Shown: positions 9,621 to 20,329 of the stretch, one piece after another
Layout: every line of letters starts with the position of its first letter
Numbering within the stretch: the stretch's first letter is position 1
The notes under the pieces: model-generated
Databases searched by the model: none
Seen by the model: the letters and a program-made list of their open reading frames with translations, nothing else
What the model was told of the DNA's origin: nothing
Origin: Candidatus Poriferihabitaceae bacterium
GTDB taxonomy: Bacteria > Pseudomonadota > Gammaproteobacteria > Arenicellales > Poriferihabitantaceae
Assembly (NCBI GenBank): GCA_965226545.1
Contig: OZ245364.1
Span: 2,170,397-2,234,396 of the forward strand
DNA: 64,000 nt
Direction of reading: 5' to 3'
Translations under genes and position numbers: made by a program

Positions 9621-10597
9621 CGCGCCAATCCGCCGAGCACTTCATCGACCGATGCGGTCGCCGCGCCGAGTTTGGAGACGACGATGCCGGCCACCGTGTT
9701 CGCCAATTCCAATGCATCATCATCGCCGAGCCCGACCGCGGCTGCCATCGCCATCACCGCCACCACCGAATCGCCGGCGCCGCTGACATCGAACACTTCG
9801 CGCGCGCGCGCGCGTTTGTAAATCGCATCGCTGCGCGAAAACAACGCCATGCCGCGTTCGCTTAATGTCACCAATAATTTATCCAGTTGACAGGCATCGA
9901 TTAACTCGAGCGCGCGGTTGCGCATCGCGTCGTCATCTTCGACCGTCGCGCCGACGGCTTGTTCGAATTCCTTGCGGTTGGGGGTGACCAAACTTGCGCC
10001 GCGATAGCGCGAATAATCGCCGCCTTTGGGGTCAATCAACACCGGCAACTTGCGCGCGCGACATTGCGCAATCCATTTTGCGGCAAAGCGCAAATTGCCC
10101 TTGCCGTAATCCGACAGCACGACGACATTGCATTGCGCCAACTTTGCCGCGAATTTTTCGGCGGCGGTTGCAAGCGCATCATCGCTCGGCGTCGATTCAA
10201 AATCGGCGCGCAACAACTGTTGTTTTTGCGCAAGCACGCGCAGTTTAATGGTGGTTTGCGCGTTGCGGTCGGCGATTAACTGCGCATCGATGCCGGCGTG
10301 TTCGGCGCGCGCGGTTAAGGTGCGCCCGGCGTCGTCATCGCCGACCACCGACAACAACGTACATTGCCCGCCGAGCGCGATGATGTTGCGCGCGACATTG
10401 CCGGCGCCGCCGAGTTGTTCATCGGTATCAGTCACGCCGACAATCGGCACCGGTGCCTCGGGCGAGATGCGATTGACTTCGCCAAACCAATATCTATCCA
10501 ACATTGCATCGCCCGCGACCAGCGCGCGCACGCCGCGCAACCGACCGAGCGCGTCGGCGAGATTCGATGGCGTTGATTTAGTGGCGGCCGATGCCAT
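9617..10597 (-). CDS. hldA: D-glycero-beta-D-manno-heptose-7-phosphate kinase (RfaE domain I only)
   Basis: 326 aa. ALVAGDAMLDRYWFGEVNRISPEAPVP and the C-terminal DVSGAGDSVVA are ribokinase-family/HldE kinase-domain motifs. There is no adenylyltransferase domain. Confidence 0.85.
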   Translation of the reverse strand: MASAATKSTPSNLADALGRLRGVRALVAGDAMLDRYWFGEVNRISPEAPVPIVGVTDTDEQLGGAGNVARNIIALGGQCTLLSVVGDDDAGRTLTARAEHAGIDAQLIADRNAQTTIKLRVLAQKQQLLRADFESTPSDDALATAAEKFAAKLAQCNVVVLSDYGKGNLRFAAKWIAQCRARKLPVLIDPKGGDYSRYRGASLVTPNRKEFEQAVGATVEDDDAMRNRALELIDACQLDKLLVTLSERGMALFSRSDAIYKRARAREVFDVSGAGDSVVAVMAMAAAVGLGDDDALELANTVAGIVVSKLGAATASVDEVLGGLAR

Positions 10598-11909
10598 CGT
10601 AAATCAGCCCGGCGTCGCGCGCCGCTTGCGGTGCATACAAGTTGCGCCCGTCAATCAGCAACTTGCCGCGCATGCATTGCGCGATGCGGTTTAAATCGGC
10701 GGCGCGCAACATCCGCCATTCGGTCACGACGATTAACCCGTCGGCGTCGCGCAAGGCGTCGTATGGGTCGTCGGCAAACAATTCCAACGCCGCATGCGCG
10801 CCGTATAATTCGCGCGCGCGCGGCCCGGCGACCGGGTCGAATGCGCGCACCCGCGCGCCGCGTTGCCACAACGCCTCGAGCACCGTGCAACTCGGCGCTT
10901 CGCGCATGTCGTCGGTGTCGGGTTTGAACGCCAGCCCCCACAAGGCGAAGGTCTTGTCGGATAAATCATCGCCGTAATGCGCGGTGACTTTGTCAATCAA
11001 TTTGTTTTTTTGCGCGTGATTAACCGCTTCGACCGCGCCCAACAATTGCGCGTCGTAGCCAACCTGCGCGCCAAGATGGCGCAAGGCGCGCACATCCTTC
11101 GGCAGACACGAACCGCCGTAGCCGCAGCCGGCGTAGATAAATGAATAACCGATGCGCGGGTCGGCGCCGACGCCGCGCCGCACCGATTCGATGTCGGCGC
11201 CAAGTCGTTCGGCCAAATTCGCCATTTCATTCATGCAGGAAATTTTGGTCGCGAGCAGGGTGTTGGCGGCGTATTTGGTCATCTCGGCCGAGGCAATGTC
11301 CATTGCAATCACGCGTTCATGATTACGATTGAACGGCGCATACAAGCCGCGCATGATTTCGAGGTCGCGGTCATTTTGTGCGCCGATGATGATGCGGTCC
11401 GGTTTCATAAAATCCTCGACCGCCGCGCCTTGCTTTAAAAATTCGGGATTGGCGACCACGCCGTAATCGATGCGCGCCTTGCGTTTTGCCAACGCCGCAT
11501 CAATCGCTTCATGCACTTGTTGCGCGCCGCCGACCGGCACGGTGGATTTGGTCGCGATGATGCAATAAGAATCCGCGCGCAATCGTTCGCCAATCGCCGC
11601 AGCCACCGTCAATACATGGCGCAAATCAGCCGAGCCGTCTTCGTTCGGCGGCGTGCCGACCGCGATGAAGATGACTTCGGCGTCGGCCATGCCGTCGTCC
11701 AACGCGGTCGAAAATCGCAGCCGCGTCAACGCCGCATTGTCGGCGACCAATGCATCCAAGCCCGGTTCATACATCGGCAATTGCCCGTCGCGCAAGCGGT
11801 CGATTTTGTCGCGGTCGTTATCGATGCACACCACCGCATTGCCCATCTCGGCAAAGCACGCGCCGGTCACCAAACCGACATACCCGCAACCGACCACGCA
11901 AATGTTCAT
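10578..11909 (-). CDS. ugd: UDP-glucose 6-dehydrogenase
   Basis: MNICVVGCGYVGLVTGACFAEMGN (Rossmann fold) and the catalytic GYGGSCLPKD motif. Length is 443 aa. Confidence 0.9.
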   Translation of the reverse strand: MNICVVGCGYVGLVTGACFAEMGNAVVCIDNDRDKIDRLRDGQLPMYEPGLDALVADNAALTRLRFSTALDDGMADAEVIFIAVGTPPNEDGSADLRHVLTVAAAIGERLRADSYCIIATKSTVPVGGAQQVHEAIDAALAKRKARIDYGVVANPEFLKQGAAVEDFMKPDRIIIGAQNDRDLEIMRGLYAPFNRNHERVIAMDIASAEMTKYAANTLLATKISCMNEMANLAERLGADIESVRRGVGADPRIGYSFIYAGCGYGGSCLPKDVRALRHLGAQVGYDAQLLGAVEAVNHAQKNKLIDKVTAHYGDDLSDKTFALWGLAFKPDTDDMREAPSCTVLEALWQRGARVRAFDPVAGPRARELYGAHAALELFADDPYDALRDADGLIVVTEWRMLRAADLNRIAQCMRGKLLIDGRNLYAPQAARDAGLIYDGIGRH

Positions 11910-11995
11910 TGGATTTAGGTTGTTAATTAAGTTAATTAAATTAATTAAGTGAATTAAGTTAACTAAGTTAATTTAATTAACTTAACCAACGTCAA

Positions 11996-13360
11996 TTACG
12001 CCGAATGCGGCATCTTGCCGGTGACGCTGACGCGTTTTTGCACCGTACCCCAGCCTTTGCATCCCGGGCATTGCCAATGCAATGCACTGCTGCAAAACCC
12101 GCAAGTGCGACAACAATACCCGCGTTCGCGCCGCGCAACTTCGGCAAGCAATTCAGCCAGCAATGCAAAATCTTTGCGTTCGCTTTTAACATTGTTGGTC
12201 GCGTCGCTTGCAGTGCGCCTTGCATTGTGCACGGCAGTGTGACTTGCAATGTTACTTGCAGGGTCACTACTTGCAACGTCACTTGCAACGTCACTTGCAA
12301 CGTTACTTATAACGTCGCTTGCCACATCACCGCCAACCTTATCCGCCGCGTCACTTTTAACAGCGCCGCCACCGCAACGATGCGCGCCGCATTCATCGCG
12401 CGCGCGCGCATTGACCAATTCGCACAAGCCTTCGATGCTCGGATAATTGCGCACCAATTCCAACAACAACGCGCGCCCGGCGCCGTGCTGTTCACGCTCG
12501 GCCAGCGCAACCAACGCGGTGATGATGCGCAAATCGGGATTTTTTTTCAGCGCGGTGCGCAAAAATTCGCGATAGTTTTCGGTGTCGCCGAGTGCGGCGT
12601 AACTGTTGGCGAGATGTTCGACCACTTCGCCGAGCGATTGCGGCGACCATTGTTCGAGTTGCCGCCAAATTGCAATCGCGTTGTTGTGATTGCCGCGCAT
12701 CGACGCCAGCCGCCCGCATTGAATCACCGCGCGCACACAATGCGCATCATGGCGCAACGCTTCATCCAAATGCGTTTGCGCGCGCGTAAATCTGCCTTCG
12801 GTAATCGCTTGCTCGGCCAATTCGCAACAATATTGCGCCAACGCATTGGCGGTGTCGGCGCCGCGTCGCGCCAGTTGTTCGCCGATACCGAGCGCGCTGC
12901 GCCATTCCTTTTCCTGTTCGTAAATCTGCAGCAAAAAACGATTGGCTTGTTCGTTGTGCTCTTTGGATTCGCGCAATTCTTGAAACAGATTTTCGGCGCG
13001 GTCCAGCAATCCGCTTTTGAAATAATCCTGCGCCAATTCGAACAACGCAAGCAAACGGAATTCCTCATCCAAATCGGCGCGCGCGATTAAGTTTTGATGG
13101 ATGCGCGTGGCGCGCTCAATCTCGCCGCGGCGGCGAAACAAATTGCCAAGCGCAAGATGAATCTCGACCGTCTCGCCGTCCATCTCGGTCGCCTTAAGAA
13201 ACACCTGCAGTGCCTTGTCCGGCTGTTCATTAAGCAAAAAGTTTAAGCCCTTAAAATACGCCGCAGGCAATTTGCGCGCGCGCGCGCGTTCGCGTTTGGC
13301 CATCAGCCAACCGCCGGCCGCGGCGCACGGCAACAGCAACAACAACCAAACCGGGTCCAT
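11996..13360 (-). CDS. lapB: Lipopolysaccharide assembly protein B (TPR plus rubredoxin-like zinc finger), with a low-complexity insert
   Basis: N-terminal TM segment MDPVWLLLLLPCAAAGGWLMA, TPR repeats, and the C-terminal YCCRTCGFCSSALHWQCPGCKGWGTV (LapB/YciM CxxC...CxxC). The start at 13360 overlaps the lapA stop (TGATG). Confidence 0.9.
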   Translation of the reverse strand: MDPVWLLLLLPCAAAGGWLMAKRERARARKLPAAYFKGLNFLLNEQPDKALQVFLKATEMDGETVEIHLALGNLFRRRGEIERATRIHQNLIARADLDEEFRLLALFELAQDYFKSGLLDRAENLFQELRESKEHNEQANRFLLQIYEQEKEWRSALGIGEQLARRGADTANALAQYCCELAEQAITEGRFTRAQTHLDEALRHDAHCVRAVIQCGRLASMRGNHNNAIAIWRQLEQWSPQSLGEVVEHLANSYAALGDTENYREFLRTALKKNPDLRIITALVALAEREQHGAGRALLLELVRNYPSIEGLCELVNARARDECGAHRCGGGAVKSDAADKVGGDVASDVISNVASDVASDVASSDPASNIASHTAVHNARRTASDATNNVKSERKDFALLAELLAEVARRERGYCCRTCGFCSSALHWQCPGCKGWGTVQKRVSVTGKMPHSA

Positions 13361-13581
13361 CAGCGTCGCCGCCAGTTGCGCGACACAACGCGCAATCGCG
13401 CGCCAAGCCAGCCAAGCAACACGCCGCAGGCAAACGCGGCAAACAACATCAACGGCAATTCGGCGCGCCAATCGACGCCAAAATAATACTGCACCGCGAC
13501 TTCTTGACGGTTCTTGTAACTAAACGTCATGCCAAACAAGGCAACCGCGCTGATGAAAAATGAATAGGCGAATTTTTTCAT
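13360..13581 (-). CDS. lapA: Lipopolysaccharide assembly protein A (small two-TM protein)
   Basis: 73 aa with two hydrophobic helices, immediately upstream of and overlapping lapB, as in the yciS-yciM (lapA-lapB) operon. Confidence 0.8.
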   Translation of the reverse strand: MKKFAYSFFISAVALFGMTFSYKNRQEVAVQYYFGVDWRAELPLMLFAAFACGVLLGWLGARLRVVSRNWRRR

Positions 13582-13842
13582 TGCGGTGGATGGGTGGAGG
13601 TTGATAGTGTGATTGGTGATTCGTAACTTGCAACCGTTAACTTGTTAATGTGCACTTGCACGATGCACTTATAACACGCAACTTAACTTTGCAATGTAAC
13701 TTTGCAATGTGCGATTTGCAAATTATGATTTACCATTTGCAAGGCAACTTATAAATTGTAATTGTAATTGTAATCCCCGCATCATCGACCAAATTGTCGA
13801 CCACGTTTTATGGCGCACTTGACGACACATCAAACCAAAGCG

Positions 13843-14184
13843 TCACTTCGCCCCACGTTCACGTTTATGCGCACGGTCAACCCGCGCCCGCAACTTGCCG
13901 CCGGGTTTAAAATGCGGCACAAAGGTCTCGCCGACCTCCACCACCTCGCCGCTTTTTGGATTGCGCGCGCGGCGCGGCGGGCGATAGCGCAGCGATAAAC
14001 TGCCGAAGCCGCGAATCTCGACGCGTTCGCCGGCAATCAACGCCTTTTGCATGTGCGCAAGCAAACTGCCGACCGCCTCTTCGACCGCGCCGGCGTCGAG
14101 TTCCGGTTGCGCCTTAATAATCCGCGCAATCAATTCCGACTTGGTCAGCGTTGGGCGCGGCGGGGTTGTGCCTGCGGGCTGCAT
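13843..14184 (-). CDS. ihfB: Integration host factor beta subunit
   Basis: From the ATG at 14184: MQPAGTTPPRPTLTKSELIARI...GERVEIRGFGSLSLRYRPPRRARNPKSGEVVEVGETFVPHFKPGGKLR, a HU/IHF fold signature. It follows rpsA as in many gammaproteobacteria. Confidence 0.9.
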   Translation of the reverse strand: MQPAGTTPPRPTLTKSELIARIIKAQPELDAGAVEEAVGSLLAHMQKALIAGERVEIRGFGSLSLRYRPPRRARNPKSGEVVEVGETFVPHFKPGGKLRARVDRAHKRERGAK

Positions 14185-14194
14185 CGGTTGCGCC

Positions 14195-15868
14195 TCAATC
14201 GCCTTGACCGAATTTTTCCTTAAGTTTGTCGCCCAATTTCGCGCTTTCCATGCTGGCTTCGGGCGCGTATTCCTGCGCGGCTTCGCCGCCGAGTTCGGCT
14301 TCGCGCTGTTTCTTCGATAAACTGATGCGTTGTTCCTTGCGGTCGACGCCGATGATTTTGGTGTCGACGACATCGCCGGGCTGCAATGCATCGCGCGCGT
14401 CTTCGGTGTGTTCGCGGGCGATTTCGGCGACGCGCAAATAGCCGCGCACGCCCGGCGCCAATTGAATGGTCGCGCCTTTGGCGGTCACCTCGGCGACTTC
14501 GCCGCTGACCGCATCGCCTTTGTCGTACTGTTCGACGTATTCGACAAACGGGTCTTCGCCGGCTTGTTTCAGCCCGAGCGAAATGCGTTCGCGGTCGGCA
14601 TCCACGGTCAACACGACCACGGTCAACTCATCGCCCTTTTTGAAATCGGTCACCGCTTCTTCGCCGGGGCGTTCCCACGACAAATCCGACAGATGCACCA
14701 AACCATCGACGCCGCCATCGACGCCGATGAACACGCCAAAATCGGTAATCGAACGAATCCGCCCGCTGATGACATCGCCCTTTTTGTGATTGTCGGCGAA
14801 TGCCTTCCACGGATTCGCGCGGCATTGTTTCATGCCGAGCGAGATGCGGCGGCGTTCGGCTTGAATATCCAGCACCATCACCTCGACTTCATCGCCGACA
14901 TCGCACACCTTGCCGGGGTGGATGTTTTTGTTGGTCCAATCCATCTCGGATAAATGCACCAAGCCTTCGACGCCCTCTTCAATCTCGACAAACGCGCCGT
15001 AATCGGTGAGGTTGGTGACCTTGCCAAACAATCGCGCACCGGGCGGATGACGGCGACCCAAATCCAGCCATGGGTCTTCGCTCAGTTGTTTGATGCCGAG
15101 CGAGACGCGACAGGATTCGCGGTCGAATTTTAACACCCGCGCCTGCACTTCGTCGCCGATGTTCAGCACGTCGGACGGATGCTTGACCCGCCGCCACGCC
15201 ATGTCGGTGATATGCAACAATCCGTCGAGCCCGCCGAGATTGACAAACGCGCCGTAATCGGTGAGATTTTTGACGATGCCGGTGACGACCATTCCCTCTT
15301 CGATGGTGTCGAGCAGTTTTTCGCGCTCTTCGCCGAGTTCGTTTTCGACAATCGCGCGCCGCGACACCACGATGTTGTTGCGGTGTTGGTCGAGTTTGAT
15401 GATTTTAAAATCGAGTTCGCGCCCTTCCAAATAATCGACTTCGCGCAACGGACGCACATCCACCAACGAACCCGGCAAAAACGCGCGCAAGCCGAGCATA
15501 TCCACGGTAAAGCCGCCTTTGACCTTGCCGGTAATCATCCCGCACACCACTTCGCTTTCTTCGTACGCCGCGGTTAATTTCGCCCAGGCGCGCATGCGCA
15601 TCGCCCGTTCGCGCGACATGCGCGTTGCGCCGTTGCCGTCCTCGACCGCCTCGAGCGTTACTTCGACTTGGTCGCCGACTTGTACGGTTAATTCGCCGAC
15701 TGAGTTTTTAAATTCCGCCGCCGGAATTTCCGCATCGGATTTTAAGCCGGCGCTGACGATGACATAATCGTCGTTGGCTTCGATGACATCGCCCATAATC
15801 AACTCGCCGGGACGCATCTCCACATCCTTGAGACTCTCCTCCAATAACATCGCAAAATTTTCAGACAT
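14195..15868 (-). CDS. rpsA: 30S ribosomal protein S1
   Basis: 557 aa with six S1 domains (repeated G.V..(I/V)TD(Y/F)GAFV motifs). The start [13 protein letters not shown] resembles E. coli MTESFAQLFEESL. Confidence 0.97.
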   Translation of the reverse strand: MSENFAMLLEESLKDVEMRPGELIMGDVIEANDDYVIVSAGLKSDAEIPAAEFKNSVGELTVQVGDQVEVTLEAVEDGNGATRMSRERAMRMRAWAKLTAAYEESEVVCGMITGKVKGGFTVDMLGLRAFLPGSLVDVRPLREVDYLEGRELDFKIIKLDQHRNNIVVSRRAIVENELGEEREKLLDTIEEGMVVTGIVKNLTDYGAFVNLGGLDGLLHITDMAWRRVKHPSDVLNIGDEVQARVLKFDRESCRVSLGIKQLSEDPWLDLGRRHPPGARLFGKVTNLTDYGAFVEIEEGVEGLVHLSEMDWTNKNIHPGKVCDVGDEVEVMVLDIQAERRRISLGMKQCRANPWKAFADNHKKGDVISGRIRSITDFGVFIGVDGGVDGLVHLSDLSWERPGEEAVTDFKKGDELTVVVLTVDADRERISLGLKQAGEDPFVEYVEQYDKGDAVSGEVAEVTAKGATIQLAPGVRGYLRVAEIAREHTEDARDALQPGDVVDTKIIGVDRKEQRISLSKKQREAELGGEAAQEYAPEASMESAKLGDKLKEKFGQGD

Positions 15869-15961
15869 CGTTAATGTTCAAAGCCGCGCGCTGCGGCGCG
15901 ACCGCCTCGTTATGTTACAGTTGTCATTCACGCCGCGATTGCGACGCACCTGTGTTGCATA

Positions 15962-16633
15962 TCAATCCAACCCGCACGCCGATTTAACCCGCGCCAACGC
16001 CAACGTCAAGGTTTGTTGCACATCCAAGTCGGTGGTGTCCAATTCGAATGCATCGCGCGGGCGTTTGAGCGGCGAAGCGGCGCGATTCGAATCGCGTTCA
16101 TCGCGCGCGCAAATCTCAGTCAGCAACGAGTCAATGTTAACATTTATCCCCTGCCGTTTCAATTGTTGTTGCCGCCGCTCGGCGCGCGCGCGCGCATCGG
16201 CGGTGAGATAGATTTTGCACGCCGCCTGCGGAAACACCACCGTGCCCAAATCGCGCCCATCGGCAACCAGCCCCGGCGGACGCGCGCAATTGCGCTGCCA
16301 CGCCTTCAACACATCGCGCACCGTCGGCAACACCGCCACCCGCGCGGCGCGTTCGGCCGCTTGCGGGGTGCGAATCTCATCGCCAATCGCCGCGCCGCGA
16401 TGCCACACCACCCCGTCGCGAAAGGTCAATTCCAATTGCGCCGCCAACGCGGTCAATGCCTCGACATCATCCAATGCAATTTCATTGCGCGCCGCCAACA
16501 ATCCCAACACCCGATACAACGCGCCGCTTTCCAAATAATGCCAATCCAATTCCCGCGCCAACGCCTGGGCGATGGTGCCTTTGCCGGAACCGCCGGGGCC
16601 GTCCAAGGTGACGATGGGCGCATGGTCGTTCAT
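15962..16633 (-). CDS. cmk: Cytidylate kinase
   Basis: From the ATG at 16633: MNDHAPIVTLDGPGGSGKGTIAQALARELDWHYLESGALYR (P-loop). The upstream part of the longer ORF is simple-sequence translation. Confidence 0.9.
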   Translation of the reverse strand: MNDHAPIVTLDGPGGSGKGTIAQALARELDWHYLESGALYRVLGLLAARNEIALDDVEALTALAAQLELTFRDGVVWHRGAAIGDEIRTPQAAERAARVAVLPTVRDVLKAWQRNCARPPGLVADGRDLGTVVFPQAACKIYLTADARARAERRQQQLKRQGINVNIDSLLTEICARDERDSNRAASPLKRPRDAFELDTTDLDVQQTLTLALARVKSACGLD

Positions 16634-16886
16634 TGGGCGAGGTGACGAAGTGGAAGTGAAAAGTGCAAAGTGGAAGTAAAAGTGAAAGTGAAAATTCGAA
16701 GTCGAAGTCGAAGTAAAAAATAAACAAATAAACTTAACCAACAACTTAACGGCGCGGCATTGTACGGCATTTGCCAAACTTGATGAAACTTTTTCTTAGT
16801 CGACAACATTCGTTAACAATGTCCGTTAACGATGTCCGTTAACGATGCATAAGTTAAACGACGGATGCATATTAACGACTCGTGAT

Positions 16887-18272
16887 TTACGACTCCGCCA
16901 CCTCGACAAACAACCCCGCCGCCCGCGTACTCTCGACAAATTGCGGAAACGATGTCGCAATGTTGGCGCAATCGCGCACCTCGACCGCATCGACGGCGGC
17001 GACGCCGGCCATCGCAAACGCCATCGCCACGCGATGGTCGCCGTGCGAATCGACTGCGCCGCCGCGCAATTGTCCGCCGTGTATGGTCATGCCGTCCGGA
17101 TGTTCATCGACCGCAATGCCGAGTGCGCGCAATGCATCGACGACACCGCGAATGCGGTCGCTTTCCTTAACGCGCAATTCACCCGCGCCGCGAATTTCGG
17201 TTGCACCGCGCGCACACGCCGCGGCGACCGCCACCGCCGGGATTTCATCTATCGCCAATGCAACCGCATCGCCATCGATGCGACAGCCGCGCAATTCGGC
17301 CGCGCGCGCGCGAATGTCGGCGACCGGTTCACCGCCGATTTCGCGTTCATTAATCAATCGAATATCCGCGCCCATGCGCGTCAAGATGTCGAGTACGCCG
17401 TTGCGACTCGGGTTGACGCCAACGCCGCGCAAGGTAACATCGCCGTCGCGCGCAATCGATGCGCCCACCAAAAAAAACGCCGCAGCCGACAAATCCGCCG
17501 GCACGGTTAACGCAAGCGGATTAAGTTGCGCCGCCGCGCGCACGCCGACAACGCCGTCGGCAACATTAATCTTTGCTCCGCATGCGCGCAACATTCGTTC
17601 GCTGTGGTCGCGCGTCGGCGCGGGTTCATGCACGCGGGTTTCACCGTCGGCGTATAAACCAGCCAGCAATAAACAGGATTTAACCTGCGCACTTGCAATC
17701 GGCATCGCATACTCAATCGCGCGCAATCGCGCACAAGGCGAAATCCGCAACGGCGGTTTGTCATCCTCGCCTTCGCCGCTTGCTTTACCGCTTGCTTTAC
17801 CGCTTGCTTTACCGCTTGCTTCGCCGCTTCCTTCGATGCGCGCGCCCATTTGCCGAAGCGGCGCAATGATTCGCGCCATCGGTCGCGCGCGCAATGACTC
17901 ATCGCCGGTGACGACCGACGCCCACGGCTGCGCGCACAACACCCCAGCCAACAATCGCATCGCCGTGCCGGAGTTGCCAAGGTCGAGCGGTTGCATCGGC
18001 GCGCACAATCCGCGCAAGCCAACGCCATGCACAATTAATTCATCGCCGTCACTGTTACTGTTACTGTCACCGTCGCCGCCGTCCTCCATCACCACGCCCA
18101 TTTGCCGCAACGCGCGCATCAACGCCAACACATCCTCGCCGCGCAACACATTGCGCAATCGACTCGCGCCATCCGCCAACGCCGCCAACAACACGGCGCG
18201 ATGCGATATGGATTTATCCGCGGCGATATCGACATCGCCGCGCACGCCGCCGCCGCGCACAATTAATTTCAT
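16887..18272 (-). CDS. aroA: 3-phosphoshikimate 1-carboxyvinyltransferase (EPSP synthase), with low-complexity inserts
   Basis: 461 aa: DKSISHRAVLLAALA, LGNSGTAMRLL, and class-II-like EPSPS motifs. The insert EGSGEASGKASGKASGKASG is encoded by five 12-mers at 17775-17834. Confidence 0.92.
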   Translation of the reverse strand: MKLIVRGGGVRGDVDIAADKSISHRAVLLAALADGASRLRNVLRGEDVLALMRALRQMGVVMEDGGDGDSNSNSDGDELIVHGVGLRGLCAPMQPLDLGNSGTAMRLLAGVLCAQPWASVVTGDESLRARPMARIIAPLRQMGARIEGSGEASGKASGKASGKASGEGEDDKPPLRISPCARLRAIEYAMPIASAQVKSCLLLAGLYADGETRVHEPAPTRDHSERMLRACGAKINVADGVVGVRAAAQLNPLALTVPADLSAAAFFLVGASIARDGDVTLRGVGVNPSRNGVLDILTRMGADIRLINEREIGGEPVADIRARAAELRGCRIDGDAVALAIDEIPAVAVAAACARGATEIRGAGELRVKESDRIRGVVDALRALGIAVDEHPDGMTIHGGQLRGGAVDSHGDHRVAMAFAMAGVAAVDAVEVRDCANIATSFPQFVESTRAAGLFVEVAES

Positions 18273-18359
18273 TGTTTCATCTTTATCGTTATCGCTTCAC
18301 TGCGCGCATTTAACTTAACGCGTCGGCATTATGCCAACCGCCAATTAAAACGACACGCA

Positions 18360-19247
18360 TCACGCCCCCTTCCGCCGCTCCGCAATCCGCCGCCGCGTCT
18401 GCTTGGCGGCGGTAAACACTCGGTCAAGCGCATCACCGTCGGCGTGGTCAATCATCCGCCGCAACCGCGCAAGCGTATCGGTAAATGAATCCAATCGCGC
18501 CAGCAGCGGCTCGCGATTCATTAAGCAAACATCGCGCCACAACGCCGCATCGCTCGACGCCGTGCGGGTGAAATCATAAAAGCCGCCGGCTGACATATCG
18601 CGCGCAAATTCCACCTCAGGGGCGGCGGCGAAAACATCGACCATCGCATACGCCAACACATGCGGCAGATGGCTGGTCAACGCCAACACATGGTCGTGCA
18701 ACCCGGCGTCCATTACATGCACGCTTGCGCCAACGGCGCGCCACATCTTCGACACCAACGCCACCGCATCGATGTCTGTGTGCGCGGTTGGCGTTAGCGC
18801 GACGCTGTGATTAACAAACAACTCGGGTGCGGCAAAACGCACGCCGCTTTTCTCCTTGCCGGCGACCGGATGCCCGGGCACAAACCGCGAATGCCGCGCG
18901 CCGAGCCGAGACGCTTGCGCGCAAATCGGCGCCTTGACGCTGCCGACATCGGTAATCACCGCGCGCGCATCGACATGCGATTTAATTTCATCGAACAATT
19001 CGCCGGTGACGCCGACCGGGGCGGCCAACACCACGACATCGGCGCGCGCAACCGCATCCGCGGCGGTGTCGGCGATTTCATCAATCGCGCCGAGTTGTTG
19101 CGCCAATTGCAGATTATCGCGCGCGCGCCCGGCGCCGATGATGACATCGACCGCATTGCGCGATTTGAGCGCAAGCGCCAGCGAGCCGCCAATCATGCCG
19201 ACGCCGATAATCGCCAAACGCGCGCAAAGTTTATCGGGCGCGTTCAA
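18360..19247 (-). CDS. tyrA: Prephenate dehydrogenase
   Basis: 295 aa. LAIIGVGMIGGSLALAL (Rossmann fold) and the HPVAGKEKSG active-site region. It lies in the aromatic amino-acid cluster. Confidence 0.85.
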   Translation of the reverse strand: MNAPDKLCARLAIIGVGMIGGSLALALKSRNAVDVIIGAGRARDNLQLAQQLGAIDEIADTAADAVARADVVVLAAPVGVTGELFDEIKSHVDARAVITDVGSVKAPICAQASRLGARHSRFVPGHPVAGKEKSGVRFAAPELFVNHSVALTPTAHTDIDAVALVSKMWRAVGASVHVMDAGLHDHVLALTSHLPHVLAYAMVDVFAAAPEVEFARDMSAGGFYDFTRTASSDAALWRDVCLMNREPLLARLDSFTDTLARLRRMIDHADGDALDRVFTAAKQTRRRIAERRKGA

Positions 19248-20329
19248 CTCGACACCGGATACGAGCCGAGATTTTTATACAAGCCGGCTTCGCTTTTGAG
19301 TTCGGTCAACGCCGCGCCTATCGATGCGTCATCCTGATGCCCGGCGATATCGACAAAGAAAATGTAATCCCACAAGCCAACGCGCGACGGACGCGATTCG
19401 ATGCGCGTCATATCGACATCGTGTTCGAGCAGCGGCTTTAATAAATGAAACAACGCGCCCGGACGATTGCGGCACGACAACAACAAACTGGTTTTATCCG
19501 CGCCGCTCGGCGGGGTTGGGCGATTCGAAAAAACCAAAAACCGCGTGGTGTTGCCGGGCTGGTCTTCTATGCCTTGTGCAAGCCGCGTCAATTCATAACG
19601 CGCGGCCGCGCGGTCGCCGGCAATCGCGGCAATCGCGGAATCATCGCGCGCCAATTGCGCCGCATTGGCGTTGCTGCCGACCGCGCGCAATTCGACGCCG
19701 GGCAAATTGCGCTCGAGCCAACGTTTGCATTGCGCCAACGCCTGCGCATGCGCGGCAACGCAACGCACCGCCGCCAAATCCGCGCCGCGCCCAAGCAGAT
19801 GATGATGAATGCGCAAATTAATCTCGCCGCAAGCGGTCAATGATGTCGTCACCAACCGTTCCAACGTGTCGCTGACGCCGCCTTCGGTCGAGTTCTCGAC
19901 CGGCGCCACCGCAAAATCAGTGCGCCCGCTTTCGGCCGCGGCAAACACTTCGTCGATGCTCGCAAACGGCGCAATCTCAATCGCCGCGCCAAAATGCCGC
20001 CGCGCCGCAACTTCGCTGTAGGTCCCCAACGGCCCCAAAATCGCCGTAGACAACGCGCCCTCGGCATCGCGCGTTATCGACATAATCTCACGAAACAAAA
20101 TCTCCAACGCCGCATCATCCAACGGCCCCTGATTCATCTCACGCAACCGCCGCAACACCCGCGCCTCCCGCTCCGGCCGATACACCGCCGCCGCATCCAA
20201 CGCCAACTTAATCGCCCCAATCTTGCGCGCCTCGCCAACCCGCCGATTCATCAACGCCAATATCTCAGCGTCAATCGCATCGATGCGCTCACGATGCACA
20301 GCCAACTTGGATTCGTGGTTGTCGGTCAT
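19244..20329 (-). CDS. pheA: Bifunctional chorismate mutase / prephenate dehydratase (P-protein)
   Basis: 361 aa with an N-terminal CM domain (LAVHRERIDAIDAEILALMNRR), a PDT domain (TRF..., ESRPS) and an ACT domain. Confidence 0.9.
   Translation of the reverse strand: MTDNHESKLAVHRERIDAIDAEILALMNRRVGEARKIGAIKLALDAAAVYRPEREARVLRRLREMNQGPLDDAALEILFREIMSITRDAEGALSTAILGPLGTYSEVAARRHFGAAIEIAPFASIDEVFAAAESGRTDFAVAPVENSTEGGVSDTLERLVTTSLTACGEINLRIHHHLLGRGADLAAVRCVAAHAQALAQCKRWLERNLPGVELRAVGSNANAAQLARDDSAIAAIAGDRAAARYELTRLAQGIEDQPGNTTRFLVFSNRPTPPSGADKTSLLLSCRNRPGALFHLLKPLLEHDVDMTRIESRPSRVGLWDYIFFVDIAGHQDDASIGAALTELKSEAGLYKNLGSYPVSS

Noticed and set aside
9617-10597. Heptose kinase lacking the HldE adenylyltransferase half, as a possible truncation or pseudogene
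   Set aside because: Separate hldA and hldC genes are normal outside Enterobacteriaceae. The ORF is intact and coupled to hldD.
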